Shown here piece after piece: positions 1-10,005 of a DNA stretch of 64,000 bases. The stretch spans positions 1,955,385 through 2,019,384 of the forward strand of contig OZ244813.1 in the NCBI GenBank assembly GCA_965220225.1. The letters are read 5' to 3'. Numbering within the stretch: position 1 is the first letter of the stretch; each line of letters opens with the position of its first letter. The notes under the pieces are model-generated. The model searched no databases and was not told the DNA's origin. It saw only the letters and a list, made by a program, of their open reading frames with translations. The translations under genes and the position numbers were made by a program. The DNA comes from Dehalococcoidia bacterium (GTDB lineage: Bacteria > Chloroflexota > Dehalococcoidia > Lucifugimonadales > Australimonadaceae).

Positions 1-23
1 GTAGTGGCTCACTGAGCCACTAC
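1..23. repeat. Perfect hairpin, 10-bp stem and 3-nt loop (GTAGTGGCTC-ACT-GAGCCACTAC), at window edge
   Basis: Arms are exact reverse complements, read directly. Context is truncated by the window start and function is unknown. Confidence 0.5.
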
Positions 24-185
24 CGACAACCGCATCCAATCTGCGGGCTTGTCCAGAGGTATCCACCTCAGACATGCCCGCTGGCCGACCCTGTACTTGG
101 GGTGTGCGGCGTCATCCTCGCGGGAAGCGCCTGCCAGAACGACCGGGCCCGACGTTCCTCCCTGAATCGATCCGATCCCTTCCCT

Positions 186-219
186 CTTAACAGGACCTCC
201 ATCTTAACAGGACCTCCAT
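186..219. repeat. Perfect tandem duplication, 2 x 17 bp (CTTAACAGGACCTCCAT)
   Basis: Copies at 186-202 and 203-219 are identical and lie downstream of the transposase remnant. Confidence 0.9.
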
Positions 220-379
220 CGCTCTCTGCCACTGGGGCATTGCAAGCCCCAAAAGCCAGCGGCAGATACGCGCCCAAGGCTGGCATACAGCGCAATGACG
301 AAACCGCGACGTACAGGCTCTGTGGGATAGCCGTTCGCCGTCGGAAGCTCACCTTACGGATGTGGCGAGGGCAGGGTCA

Positions 380-640
380 ATGACACAGGCGTGCGCGTAA
401 CGGTACAAAGCTGTCCTCAGCGGGAGCTAGCAGACCATACTGCATCGTCTTGGTGGTGACGACCTGCTCTCCAAGCCCGTTGCGTGCGTCCATCGTGCGA
501 GGTTGTGGGCGATGACCTAGACGGCGAGCCATGCGGCGTTGGCGGCGAAGCGCCCGGATGGGAGGTGGTTGAGCCCGACCGCCGTACTTGAGGTGGCGGA
601 TGGCGTTCTCGATCTCGGCGTGACGGCGGTGTGATACGGT
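380..640 (-). pseudogene. IS1380-family transposase, C-terminal remnant only, with in-frame stop and frameshifts
   Basis: Minus-strand translation gives HAEIENAIRHLKYG, VGLNHLPSGRFAANAAWLAV-stop-VIAHNLARWTHATGL and GEQVVTTKT spread over different frames. These are blocks I recall as the conserved C-terminus of IS1380-type DDE transposases. The N-terminal ~350 aa is absent. Confidence 0.6.
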
Positions 641-653
641 ATCCTCGCTGCCC

Positions 654-3173
654 GTGTGGAGAGATGTACCCTTGCGCGTCCTTGCACCGTTTGCCCTACC
701 ACTAATCGTGCTCGCGCTTGTTGCATGCGAGTCTGCCCAGCCAACCGTTGTGGTTGTGGGAGCCGCGCGTCCCACGCCGACACCTACATCAAATCTCACA
801 CCTATTGTGCCAAGCGTCACCACAGCGCCACCTGGCATGTCAACAACTACGACGCCGATAACCGCGACTCCGACCACCGTACCGATGGTGGCTATACCGC
901 CAACTGCGACACCGATGACCGCGATACAGCCGACCACCACGCCAACGACCGTGACCACTGCACCTATGACGGCCACACCGCCAACTGCAACACCGGCGGC
1001 TGACACGCCGATCACTGCCACGCCAACAACAGCACAAGGGTTTGTTACTACACTCATGGCGATGCCATGGGCAGCCGCGCCGACACAGTGGGAGCAACTC
1101 GCAATCGAGGACCTCCGAGCAATAGCGGCTATCGATACAACCTCAGCCGCACTGATGCTCACGTTTCCATGGATAGCGGATGGTCTCACTGAGGCTGAGT
1201 CGGGTGCCATCTCTCGAGTGCAAGGTATCGCGGGTGAAGACGCGGAGTTGGCGTGGGCCGTGCTGAATCTGGGTTGGGTGTCGGACGATATGTCGTGGAT
1301 GGAGACACATGCTCTCAACAGTATCCGCGACCTCGCGAGAAGCGATCTTGCTTTGGCGCGGCAAGTCATCCGCCAACCTTTCGTTGCTCCGCCATTCCGG
1401 CAGAGGGACGAGTATGCACTAAAAGCCTTTTCCGATTTGTCGGAGGAGCCACCGGGCGTCACAAAGGGTGCCGAGTTGCTGCTCCAACTCGGCACCTATG
1501 AGTGGTTCAACGACGGACTGGACGATCGTGAGGCAGTACTCCTGTTTGCCATCGCCATCAGCCCCAAGGTTTTCCAGCAAGCCCTTCTCCAGGCTCACTA
1601 CGTGGAGTCAGCGGTCGTGCAGCTTCCCTTGGGTCGTCAGGTGGACATTACCGTAGTCAGACACACTCCGTTCCCCGAGGGTGATCGATCTCTCACGGCA
1701 CTGGAAGAGGGTATGCGGGCGATAGAAGATTTCATGGGAGTGCCATTCCCCGTAGGTGAGGTCATACTGATTGTCGCTGAGCCGGAGATATGGGAGATAG
1801 GAAGCGGAAGGTTTTTTGGCAGCTTGATTGGCGGCGCCCCAGAGCCTGCTTATCTGACGGCTTTCATCCTCTCGAGCTCCTCAGAGTCGGGCCCCGCCAG
1901 TGGTGCCCTCTATCACGAGATAAGCCATCACTACCCGCTGAGCGGACACCCGTGGCTATCGGAGGGTGCGGCCCAGTTCTTGGAGGCCTACACTCTGGAT
2001 CGGCTCGGCATGGAGAGCATCGACCGGCGGATAGCCCACCTCAATGAGGGTGGGTGTGGCAGGGAGAATATCGCAGCGCATATCCGCGAGTACGGAGGCG
2101 AACAGTGCACCTACTATCTGGGGGAACGTTTCTTCCATGCGGTATACCAGGTCTTAGGGCAGGATGCCGTAGCGGCGGCTCTGCGTGAACTCTATTTCCG
2201 CTCGATGCACTTCGAGTTTCTCGATGAGGACGCTATATACCACGCGTTTCGGGCCAATACTCCACCCGGAAGAATGGAGGATTTCAACGCTGTCTACCGG
2301 CGGCATCATGGAGGGTTTGCTATTGACTCGTCACCCGAGGTCAGTCTGGACCGTTCGGCTCTGTTCGCGCTCTACAATGCAGTTGGGGGCGAGCAATGGA
2401 AGGAGGATGGGAACTGGACGAGCTCCGCTCCCCTAGGCGCATGGTATGGTGTAAGCACTGAGGTCGGAGGGCGCGTTCGCTTACTCGACCTCAGTGCGAA
2501 TCAGTTGAATGGCCAGCTTCCGTCTACCCTTGGCAATCTCTCCGACCTCAGAGAGCTATGGTTTGACGATAACGAACTGACAGGGCCTATCCCGACTGAG
2601 TTGGGAACTCTCTCCGAACTCGTGGTTCTGAGTCTTGGTCGCAACCGACTGAGTGGACAGATACCGTCCGAGCTAGGGGACCTCCCGAAAGTAGGGGCGA
2701 TTTATCTTTTTGAGAATCAGTTGACGGGGGAGATTCCACCAAACTTGGGAAACGCTGCCAGTCTTCAGCAATTGGACTTGGTCTCCAATCGCCTTATTGG
2801 TACGATACCTGCACAGATTGGCCGTCTTTCCAACCTCAGATCGCTAGCGCTCAGTCAAAATCAGTTGAGTGGACAGATACCGCCAGAACTCGGAGGTCTC
2901 TTGAACCTCACTAGGTTGGACCTCCGGTCGAACCAACTCAGCGGAGCCATTCCGCACGAATTAGGGAATCTCACGGAGTTGGAAACGCTGAATCTCAGTG
3001 ACAACCAACTGAGCGGAGAGATACCCGCCGTGCTGGCGGGCCTCTCTAACCTCGGAGGACTCTATCTTGCAGGGAACCGATTCACAGGGTGCATACCTGA
3101 AGGGTTGCGCGACGTCCCGGATAACGACTTCGCCCAGCTCAGCCTACCTTTCTGTGGCATTGCTCCTTCGTAA
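654..3173 (+). CDS. Secreted lipoprotein: Thr/Pro-rich linker, HExxH metallopeptidase-like central region, C-terminal plant-type LRR domain (~10 repeats)
   Basis: Signal plus lipobox LIVLALVAC. TP-rich tract at aa 40-130. YHEISHH followed by SEGAAQF (HExxH...E). C-terminus has an LRRNT-like cap (WYGVSTEVGGRVRLLDLS) and 24-aa repeats LxxLxLxxNxLSGxIPxxLGxL. Confidence 0.85.
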   Translation: MWRDVPLRVLAPFALPLIVLALVACESAQPTVVVVGAARPTPTPTSNLTPIVPSVTTAPPGMSTTTTPITATPTTVPMVAIPPTATPMTAIQPTTTPTTVTTAPMTATPPTATPAADTPITATPTTAQGFVTTLMAMPWAAAPTQWEQLAIEDLRAIAAIDTTSAALMLTFPWIADGLTEAESGAISRVQGIAGEDAELAWAVLNLGWVSDDMSWMETHALNSIRDLARSDLALARQVIRQPFVAPPFRQRDEYALKAFSDLSEEPPGVTKGAELLLQLGTYEWFNDGLDDREAVLLFAIAISPKVFQQALLQAHYVESAVVQLPLGRQVDITVVRHTPFPEGDRSLTALEEGMRAIEDFMGVPFPVGEVILIVAEPEIWEIGSGRFFGSLIGGAPEPAYLTAFILSSSSESGPASGALYHEISHHYPLSGHPWLSEGAAQFLEAYTLDRLGMESIDRRIAHLNEGGCGRENIAAHIREYGGEQCTYYLGERFFHAVYQVLGQDAVAAALRELYFRSMHFEFLDEDAIYHAFRANTPPGRMEDFNAVYRRHHGGFAIDSSPEVSLDRSALFALYNAVGGEQWKEDGNWTSSAPLGAWYGVSTEVGGRVRLLDLSANQLNGQLPSTLGNLSDLRELWFDDNELTGPIPTELGTLSELVVLSLGRNRLSGQIPSELGDLPKVGAIYLFENQLTGEIPPNLGNAASLQQLDLVSNRLIGTIPAQIGRLSNLRSLALSQNQLSGQIPPELGGLLNLTRLDLRSNQLSGAIPHELGNLTELETLNLSDNQLSGEIPAVLAGLSNLGGLYLAGNRFTGCIPEGLRDVPDNDFAQLSLPFCGIAPS

Positions 3174-3230
3174 CCCGCCTGTGGAATTAGCGGAGTTGGG
3201 CTCTGCTGGGCATCCTCATCGGGTTCGCCT

Positions 3231-3515
3231 TTGGAGAAGTGCCTTGGAGCCTTCATCGGGTACTACTGCATCCTCCCCTCGGGTGAGGAGCCCGCCGCCG
3301 GCTTCCGGTGCCTGAGCCTCCCCTGGGAGCACAGCGACGAGGGCGGCGAGCTGACCATCGCAGCGGGCGAGGACGGCAGGACCATCCACATCTGGATAGA
3401 CCGGGACGCCAGGATCCCCTTCGGCAACTCCCTGCTCTTCGTCGATCTCACCGGCGTGGAGGGGGCGAAGGAGATTACCGACGACTATGCGCAGGGCCGC
3501 GTCACCGACGACTAG
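3231..3515 (+). CDS. Hypothetical small acidic protein
   Basis: 94-aa ORF with protein-like composition. No recognisable motif and no clear RBS. Confidence 0.3.
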   Translation: MEKCLGAFIGYYCILPSGEEPAAGFRCLSLPWEHSDEGGELTIAAGEDGRTIHIWIDRDARIPFGNSLLFVDLTGVEGAKEITDDYAQGRVTDD

Positions 3516-3968
3516 CCGGAGACAACGCTGGGCCGCCGTGTGACGGCGGTTGAAGCCGAGGCATGGAATAGCGATGTAGAAGGAGCGACAGGCGGCCCGA
3601 CGGCTGCCGGTCGTTCCCTACCGAGGACCTAACCCCGGAGCCTCCATGCGCACGGGGCACGGCAGGAGGTGTATCCTGTTTAGTATGAAGGGAGTGGGGC
3701 CATGAAGGGCCACCTGGTCATAGAATACCGAGGCCATCGACCGGGGCTGAACGGGCAGTACGCTGGTGAACATCAACATCGACGATGCAGAGCTGACAAG
3801 GCATCAGGCGAATACGATTCCCCTGCACGGGGACGCCAGAGCAACCATCGAGGCCCTCCTGCCCTTACTCGTGGAAGCAGGGGCCGGAGAGCGGTCGTCG
3901 CCCGTCGAGACGGTGGAGCGCCGCCCGCAGAGCCTCCCTACCGGGTGCACGAATGCGCCTTCGGAGCT

Positions 3969-4859
3969 ATGAATTCCGTACAACCAGAGAGGCAGAACAT
4001 GTGGAAGCAACACTTGATGGCGGTTCTGGTTGTCCTAGCTTCGTTATTCTCACTTCTGGCTTGCTCGGACGACGACGCTTCTGCGACCGTGTCTCCCACA
4101 GCATCTTCCAGTCCCACGGGTTACCCTCCGAGCGACCCCTCAGCAGCAACGCCTATTTCAACACCTCGGGCAACTCCCACTCGTCCGCCTAGTGCAACCC
4201 CGACGGCGACCGCCGCAGCTACCGCAACGCCCACCGCTACTTCGATCGCAGTAGGACAGGACTCGAGCCGCGCCCAGGCTATAGCGCCGCTCAAGGTGGA
4301 TGACCTCCAGGCATTCCTGTCCCAGCTATCTCCTGTAGAACAGGCTTGCCTCAATGACAATGACATAGGCCACCGTGAGCTTATGCAGATGACAGGGCTC
4401 TCTCCCGGCGGTTCTCCTCAGACCACCGCGACCATCATCAACTGCCTGCAAGACGAAACCATCCTGAGGCTGTTCCTGACGTCGCTTGTCGGACTGACTG
4501 AGCCGTTCAGCCCGGTGACCTCCATGTGCATCGAGGAGGGGCTCGTGCTCCTAGACCTTCGTCAGCTGTTGGCGCCTGCCGAAACGAGAGACGCCCCAGT
4601 CAATTCCCTGGCACTGGGGATGGTTGCGCTGAACGTCTCCGTTGTCTGTATGGACGACGACGAGTGGGACATCTATGCTTCAAGGCTTGGTATGCAGCCC
4701 AGGGACAGGGAGGGTGCGGCCTGCCTCTTCGAGGAGTTGGGCGGGCCAGCGAAGGTGGTAGAGGCCATGCAGGAAGCCAGCCTGGGCGAGGTGCCGGAAG
4801 AACTGGCCGAGGCGTTCGAAACATGCATCACGTTACCGCCGCTACGCCCACTTCATTGA
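3969..4859 (+). CDS. Hypothetical lipoprotein with Ser/Thr/Pro-rich linker
   Basis: Internal ATG at 3969 (or 3999) precedes MWKQHLMAVLVVLASLFSLLACSDD (signal plus lipobox). The upstream part of the 385-aa ORF is Arg/Gly-rich and unlikely to be coding. Confidence 0.7.
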   Translation: MNSVQPERQNMWKQHLMAVLVVLASLFSLLACSDDDASATVSPTASSSPTGYPPSDPSAATPISTPRATPTRPPSATPTATAAATATPTATSIAVGQDSSRAQAIAPLKVDDLQAFLSQLSPVEQACLNDNDIGHRELMQMTGLSPGGSPQTTATIINCLQDETILRLFLTSLVGLTEPFSPVTSMCIEEGLVLLDLRQLLAPAETRDAPVNSLALGMVALNVSVVCMDDDEWDIYASRLGMQPRDREGAACLFEELGGPAKVVEAMQEASLGEVPEELAEAFETCITLPPLRPLH

Positions 4860-5087
4860 CGTGGGCCACGCCGGTTCTTCCGTGTAGCCATCTGGAAGCA
4901 GACCACAACGAGGACGACGAGCAAGACCGGTATGACGATGTAAGAGATGATGCCGATAAGTGTGGTTACAACTTCGGACATTCCTAACCTCTGGCAGCCG
5001 CGTGGCTGATCTGCGCTGGAACGTGAACGCCGCTTGCTTCATGTTGCAGACGGTACAGGCGTGGGAGTCGCCAGACCCGTCAAGGTG

Positions 5088-6227
5088 TCACAGGCCAATG
5101 GCATAGAGCCGCCCGTCGCCGCAGGCTGCGTACATCACGTGCGCGTCCACCACCAGACGCCGCACAGGGGCGTAGCAAACGGGGCCGTAGTCGTCCAGCG
5201 TATCTCCTGATGCCGCGTCAAACGCGAAGACGATGCCGTCGGACGACCCTGCGTAGACCACGCCGTCTGAGACGACCGGAGGGGACGACAAATGTGCTCT
5301 GGGGTACCACCAGACCGCAAAGCCCGTCTGCGGGTCCAGCGCAGTAAGGCTTATGGGATAGCGGTCATTGCCTTTGGCATACATCGTCCCACCTGCTACT
5401 ACCACATCCGGCTCCAGACCATGCTTGGTGAACTCCCACAGCCCTTCGCCCGAGGACGGGTCGATGGCTTCGACCAGCACGTCTCCTTCGGAACCCAGCA
5501 CTTCGCCCACCGCATACAACGTGCCGTCCGCCAACGTTATGGTCGTGGGGGTTCCGGTCGTGCCGGACAGCCAACGCTCCCTTCCGGTGGCCGCGTCCAG
5601 AGCGACGACGGCGGCAGCACCTTCCAGCGCGTACACGGTGCCGCCGTCCACGATGGGCGTGTCCCATACCAACGGAAAGCCGTAAGTGCTTTGCCAGATG
5701 ACGTTGCCTGTTTCCACATCGAAGGCGGTGATGGGAGCGGAGTAGCCAGCGGCCACCACGGTCCCGCCAGACACCACCGGTTGAAAGGACACGGTTCCGT
5801 CTGTTGGCACTCGCCACTGCACGGAGCCGTCCGCGCTGTCGATGGCGACCAGGAACGTGCTGCCTTTGAGAGACGACCCCACGTAGACGATGCCGTCGTG
5901 CTCCGTTAGCGGGCTGTGGGTGGCGGGTGATTCTCCGTACTGCCAGAGCTGTTCACCCGTGACCGTGTCAATGGCGTGCACGTAGTGGCCCGCTGACGCG
6001 TACAGCATTCTGCCGCTTACCACCGGCGCATACGGCTCTACGCCCGTGTCGTACTGCCAGATCACTGCAGGGTGCAGCCCATCGGATGCCGTGGGCGTCG
6101 GCATGGGCGTCGCCGTTGCTGTTGGCATAGGCGGCATGGGCGTAGGGCTGGGTGTTGGCGTCGGCTCTGAGCAGGCGGCCAGCGCGAACGCTAGGAACGC
6201 CAGGAGCAGGACACGGGCTATGCGCAT
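5088..6227 (-). CDS. PQQ-like / BamB-like beta-propeller repeat lipoprotein
   Basis: Start at MRIARVLLLAFLAFALAACSEPTPTP (lipobox). Repeated Y(A/V)xxxxGxhxAhDxxTGxxxW units are typical of PQQ-type propeller blades. Confidence 0.8.
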   Translation of the reverse strand: MRIARVLLLAFLAFALAACSEPTPTPSPTPMPPMPTATATPMPTPTASDGLHPAVIWQYDTGVEPYAPVVSGRMLYASAGHYVHAIDTVTGEQLWQYGESPATHSPLTEHDGIVYVGSSLKGSTFLVAIDSADGSVQWRVPTDGTVSFQPVVSGGTVVAAGYSAPITAFDVETGNVIWQSTYGFPLVWDTPIVDGGTVYALEGAAAVVALDAATGRERWLSGTTGTPTTITLADGTLYAVGEVLGSEGDVLVEAIDPSSGEGLWEFTKHGLEPDVVVAGGTMYAKGNDRYPISLTALDPQTGFAVWWYPRAHLSSPPVVSDGVVYAGSSDGIVFAFDAASGDTLDDYGPVCYAPVRRLVVDAHVMYAACGDGRLYAIGL

Positions 6228-6343
6228 CTGGTGCCTCCGGCAACAGCGTACCATGCCGCCGCCGTGCACCCTGCCTTGCGGATGCGGCCCTGCTGGTGTT
6301 AGCGTTCCGCCCTTCATCCGACGTTTCATCCGGGGAGGAAGAC

Positions 6344-6610
6344 GTGTACGGCAGCATCGGCGATGTCGAGTACAGCCAGGAGACGTTGGGGCTTGGCAGC
6401 AGGCTTGCCTTGGAGGATGTCAGGCTGTGTCTGCGGGAGTGCACCACTTTGGACGCTCTCAGGGAATGGCTGTTGACACGGAGGAGCGAGACGAAGATGT
6501 CATGGCTGAGCACCGTCCCCCATGCGCTTGTCCCATCGGTGCTGGAAGTGCGTGACCTCTACCTGGGGCAGTTGCTGGATGCGCTCTCCGCACCGCAGGA
6601 GCAGTGGTAG
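6344..6610 (+). CDS. Hypothetical small protein (GTG start)
   Basis: GGAGGA lies 5 nt upstream of the GTG at 6344. The 88-aa product VYGSIGDVEYSQETLG... has ordinary composition. Divergent from the propeller gene. Confidence 0.35.
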   Translation: MYGSIGDVEYSQETLGLGSRLALEDVRLCLRECTTLDALREWLLTRRSETKMSWLSTVPHALVPSVLEVRDLYLGQLLDALSAPQEQW

Positions 6611-6980
6611 GCGGCTCCGTTGGGATGGGCAGGGCATACCGCACCCGCACGTCGTAAATCATCGTCGTCATCAGCAGGGAGGGGGATGCGAGCAACCGTA
6701 GAATCATCTGCTGTCCCCCTAGTTGCTCCCATCGTTCAACTTGTCCTGCAGGTCGATTCCATGGATGACAGTGTTCCCTATCCCTCATCCAGACAACGTG
6801 GCCGACACGTTCACCAAGTGCCTCCTGTGGGCGGGATTCAGTCCCCTCCGTGCCCAACGAATCGGCACGATAGCATATGGTGTTTGATGGAGCGTCTCTG
6901 CTTGACCGTGTGACCGTTAGGCTGGTACACCACCATCCGTTCTGTCTGGCGCAAGGCCAGTCGATAGAGAGGAGAACGCC

Positions 6981-7190
6981 ATGGAAGTGCAGGTGAACAA
7001 CGGAAAGTTCGTCGTCCTGACAGGGACGGAGAAGGGAGTCGGTGGTTCCGGCCCTGAGCGGGTCTACATCGAGTGGCGCGTGCTCACTGACGACGTGGCC
7101 GCCAGCCTGACACCTGCACAGGCGATGGGACTGGTGTCGGCCATCGTGCAGACGGCTGCGAAGACTACCCGACTGCAGGATGCAGGATGA
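6981..7190 (+). CDS. Hypothetical small protein
   Basis: GAGAGGAG RBS upstream of the ATG. 69 aa with no known motif. Confidence 0.5.
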   Translation: MEVQVNNGKFVVLTGTEKGVGGSGPERVYIEWRVLTDDVAASLTPAQAMGLVSAIVQTAAKTTRLQDAG

Positions 7191-7205
7191 CAGGCTCTGC
7201 CGCCT

Positions 7206-7490
7206 TCACGTCCGGTCGGTGATGCCCTCGCGTTCGCCGTTGCACCAGCGGAGCACCTCCGCCTCTATCTCGGCGGCAACGTCCTTCGGCGTCCGTGGCT
7301 TGGCCAAGCACCACCATGCGAACGGGGCAAGCGGCGGCCAGTTGATGGCTAACTCCCGAAGGCCAGGGTCGGCCTGACGGGACATCAGGCCATAGGTGCA
7401 GGCCATCGACACCATGGTCAGCATGTCACGGAGGTCGCTCACCATCTGGTCGTAGGTCCACAGCACCGTCCGGCCTCCAACGGCCAGCAT
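7206..7490 (-). CDS. Hypothetical protein
   Basis: 94-aa ORF convergent with 6981-7190. Composition is plausible and there is no motif. Confidence 0.35.
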   Translation of the reverse strand: MLAVGGRTVLWTYDQMVSDLRDMLTMVSMACTYGLMSRQADPGLRELAINWPPLAPFAWWCLAKPRTPKDVAAEIEAEVLRWCNGEREGITDRT

Positions 7491-7738
7491 GGGGCTGCGC
7501 CAGCCGCGCCAACCTCGTCGCCCACCCCAGCAAGAGATACGCTACCCACTCAGGAGCGGGTTCAACAGCGGGTAGCCACAGCCAGTCTATAGGGGCGTTC
7601 ATCCACGTACCATCTTTGGGGTTTACCCATTCACGGTTAGCGATAGCCACCAAGAGGTTGAGTGGCCAACCACTAAGGGGCTGCGGCCGCAGCCCCTTAA
7701 ATAGTAAAGGCCTCACACATGGCCGAAGCGACTGCCTC

Positions 7739-8101
7739 CTAGGTCGGGCAGGGTACCAAGCCGGTCTCTCGTCGGAGTGTGTCAGCAAGCACTCGATACT
7801 CATCCGCCTCGTCCAGTCGACCCTCGGCCTCCAAGTCACGAGCGCGGCTTTTGGCGAAGGGTACCGCCAAGGCCTTGCACCGCTCACAGATGGTACCAAC
7901 CCAAGAGCCACGCAGCCGGTCTTCCATGTAGCCATACACGTCTCTCCGGTCATGGTCACAGGTGTCTCCTCCGCAGAAAGCCCTCTCCTTGTCAGCATTG
8001 GGGTCGATCAGGTGCAGTTCTACCACTGTGCATGTCTTCATCTCATGCCTCCTTATCGTCGCTAGTGTCACCATCACGGTGCTATCGTCGTGAGCGTTCA
8101 T
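7739..8101 (-). CDS. Hypothetical Cys-containing protein
   Basis: 120-aa ORF containing CGGDTCDHD and CERC motifs. No family recognised. Confidence 0.5.
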   Translation of the reverse strand: MNAHDDSTVMVTLATIRRHEMKTCTVVELHLIDPNADKERAFCGGDTCDHDRRDVYGYMEDRLRGSWVGTICERCKALAVPFAKSRARDLEAEGRLDEADEYRVLADTLRRETGLVPCPT

Positions 8102-8221
8102 CTGTTCGCTCCTTCTTCCTTAAATGGCAAAGCACCACGCACATGCCTTCAGGCGGGGGAGGCCACCGCGTCTGCCGCGATGGCCTCCCCTGTACTGTCC
8201 CGGCCTGTCCGCCTTCGACCG

Positions 8222-8704
8222 TTAGAGCAACCTCGGCATCTCTGCCTGCTGTTGGCCTGCCGTATCAGCCCCGTTCGATGCCTGTGCTGACCCTTGCCCC
8301 CGCCGAGTCTGACGCCTGGCCGGTGGAGCAGGTCTCGCGTGGGCCGGATACCTGGGCTCGTCTTCCCACCGGGCTCTCGCCCTCTCGGTCACTGCCGGGA
8401 CCTCCTGCGCCAGCCCCGACAGGTCATGGTCGTCGAACGACTCGATGTGCGGGTCTGACTTCGGTTGCTGCACGCCGATCGTGGCCCTGCCTCCCTTGAT
8501 GGACACGACCACCTTCAGCTCCTCCGGTGGAGCAGCCTGCTCTCCGCCGGCGTCGGAACCCTGCGGTCCCTGTGCGGCCTCTCCGTCGGAGTTCTCCTCT
8601 CCGGTGACTGCGGCAGTCGTGTCCTCCGCCACATCGGCGAAGGGGCTGTCGTCGGCGCTCGGGGCATCCGAGCTGGCTGTTGCGGATGCAATCTCGTCAG
8701 GCAT
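8222..8704 (-). CDS. Hypothetical protein with acidic disordered N-terminus
   Basis: 160-aa ORF. N-terminal 60 aa are Asp/Glu/Ser/Ala-rich, followed by a folded-looking core (KVVVSIKGGRATIGVQ). Confidence 0.55.
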   Translation of the reverse strand: MPDEIASATASSDAPSADDSPFADVAEDTTAAVTGEENSDGEAAQGPQGSDAGGEQAAPPEELKVVVSIKGGRATIGVQQPKSDPHIESFDDHDLSGLAQEVPAVTERARARWEDEPRYPAHARPAPPARRQTRRGQGSAQASNGADTAGQQQAEMPRLL

Positions 8705-8753
8705 GTTCTCTCCTTCCTTGTTCTTCTCCGGCTGCGTTCACGTGCGCCGGTGA

Positions 8754-9140
8754 CTATGCCGCCCTCCTCGACGACTCTCTCCTGATCTCGCCGAGGGTCT
8801 GCGGCTCCCAGTAGAGGTCGCGCTCCACGGCGGGGACGTTGCCGAACACGGTCGCCTCCGCCAGCTCGGTGAGGTCGAAGTAGCCCAGCTCTGTCTCGAA
8901 CCCCTCGACGAGGCCGAAGCAGAGCCCGGTCTCGGTCTCCCACTCGGTGATGTACCAGCGCCAGCCGGTGTAGGGACTGAAGAGCTTCACCCTGGCGACG
9001 ACGGCATCGGGGTCGTCCGCGCCGTCAGTGGCGTCCAGGGGCGGGATCGTGGCGGCGAGCTCCTTCGTCATGAGCTTGTGCCTGCGGTAGCGATTGTGGT
9101 TGTCCTGCCAGATCGTTGTGGTTCCCTTGTCGTCAGACAT
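8754..9140 (-). CDS. DUF2958-family protein (common on ICEs and plasmids)
   Basis: VKLFSPYTGWRWYITEWETETGLCFGLVEGFETELGYFDLTELAE...VERDLYWEPQTLGEI matches the DUF2958 core as I recall it. Confidence 0.8.
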   Translation of the reverse strand: MSDDKGTTTIWQDNHNRYRRHKLMTKELAATIPPLDATDGADDPDAVVARVKLFSPYTGWRWYITEWETETGLCFGLVEGFETELGYFDLTELAEATVFGNVPAVERDLYWEPQTLGEIRRESSRRAA

Positions 9141-9183
9141 GACTTCTCCTTCTTCTTGCTTCTCTGGGATGGGTTCTGTGGGC

Positions 9184-9999
9184 CTACCCTTCGGACATTG
9201 CCTCGGTATCAGACCCCGGGATTCGATCCACCGCCTCCGGGGTGGCGTAGGCCGGGGTCACCGTGCCGAGGTCCATGTCCAGGTAGAGGCCCATGAAGGG
9301 GCAGGAGCCCGCCGCCATGCGGCGGACCACCTGTAGCACCAGTGATGCCATCATCTGGTTGATGGTGGGGTCCTGGTCGGTGAGGTCGAGGGCGGCAGCG
9401 CAGTCCACGTCCGGCGGCGTGGTCGACACGGCCGTCAACAGGTCGGGGCGCTGCAGCGTGGGCGCTGGCAGCAGCCGGCAGGTCTCGTCAACGAAGGCGG
9501 GCTCGTCCCAATCCTCCAGGTCGGCCACGTTGCCTATCAGCACCTGCCCCCAGTTGGTGTCGTTGCCCGCGTCGATGAGCCACCGGCCCCGGCCGTTCGG
9601 CAGGCTCTCGGCCATCGCCCTTCGTGCGGCCGCGTTGTCAGCACAGCCGATGATCAGGCAGTCGCCGTAGGTGGGCAGGCCGGGGTAGCGGTGCCCGTAG
9701 GCGTGGGAGCCGGACTCCCGGAACGGGTAGACTGAGTAGCCGATCGGACGCCGGTAGGCCCGAGCGAGCCGGTCCGCCAGAGCCTTGCTCTTGAACTGTC
9801 CCACGTCACCGGGGTGAAAATTCTGGCGCAGCAGGTTGTGGGGCTCGACCCGGTCGTGGTCGACCAGGACGATGGTGGCCTCCCGCCCCTGGAAGAGGCG
9901 GCAGAGGCCCTCGGCGACGAAGCCGCCGGTCCCGCCGCAGCCGACCACGGTGATCCACGGTCGTTCGAGCAGGAATGCGTTGTCCAGGTAGTAGGGCAT
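9184..9999 (-). CDS. ThiF/E1-like adenylyltransferase, PRTRC-type
   Basis: Rossmann motif VVGCGGTGGFVAEGL, LVDHDRVEPHNLLRQ, and GCADN. Gene order follows a JAB protein, as in PRTRC cassettes. Confidence 0.85.
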   Translation of the reverse strand: MPYYLDNAFLLERPWITVVGCGGTGGFVAEGLCRLFQGREATIVLVDHDRVEPHNLLRQNFHPGDVGQFKSKALADRLARAYRRPIGYSVYPFRESGSHAYGHRYPGLPTYGDCLIIGCADNAAARRAMAESLPNGRGRWLIDAGNDTNWGQVLIGNVADLEDWDEPAFVDETCRLLPAPTLQRPDLLTAVSTTPPDVDCAAALDLTDQDPTINQMMASLVLQVVRRMAAGSCPFMGLYLDMDLGTVTPAYATPEAVDRIPGSDTEAMSEG

Positions 10000-10005
10000 G
10001 CTCGG

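Noticed and set aside
643-1495. N-terminal 280 aa of the 372-aa minus-strand ORF 377-1495, as part of the transposase
   Set aside because: This part is antisense to the TP-rich linker of the 839-aa lipoprotein gene and consists of Val/Gly/Ala repeats. Only about 380-640 shows transposase-like blocks.
3702-3968. Upstream extension of the lipoprotein ORF, using the start at 3702
   Set aside because: The extension is Arg/Gly-rich and places about 100 aa before an obvious signal peptide. An internal ATG at 3969 or 3999 gives a canonical lipoprotein precursor.
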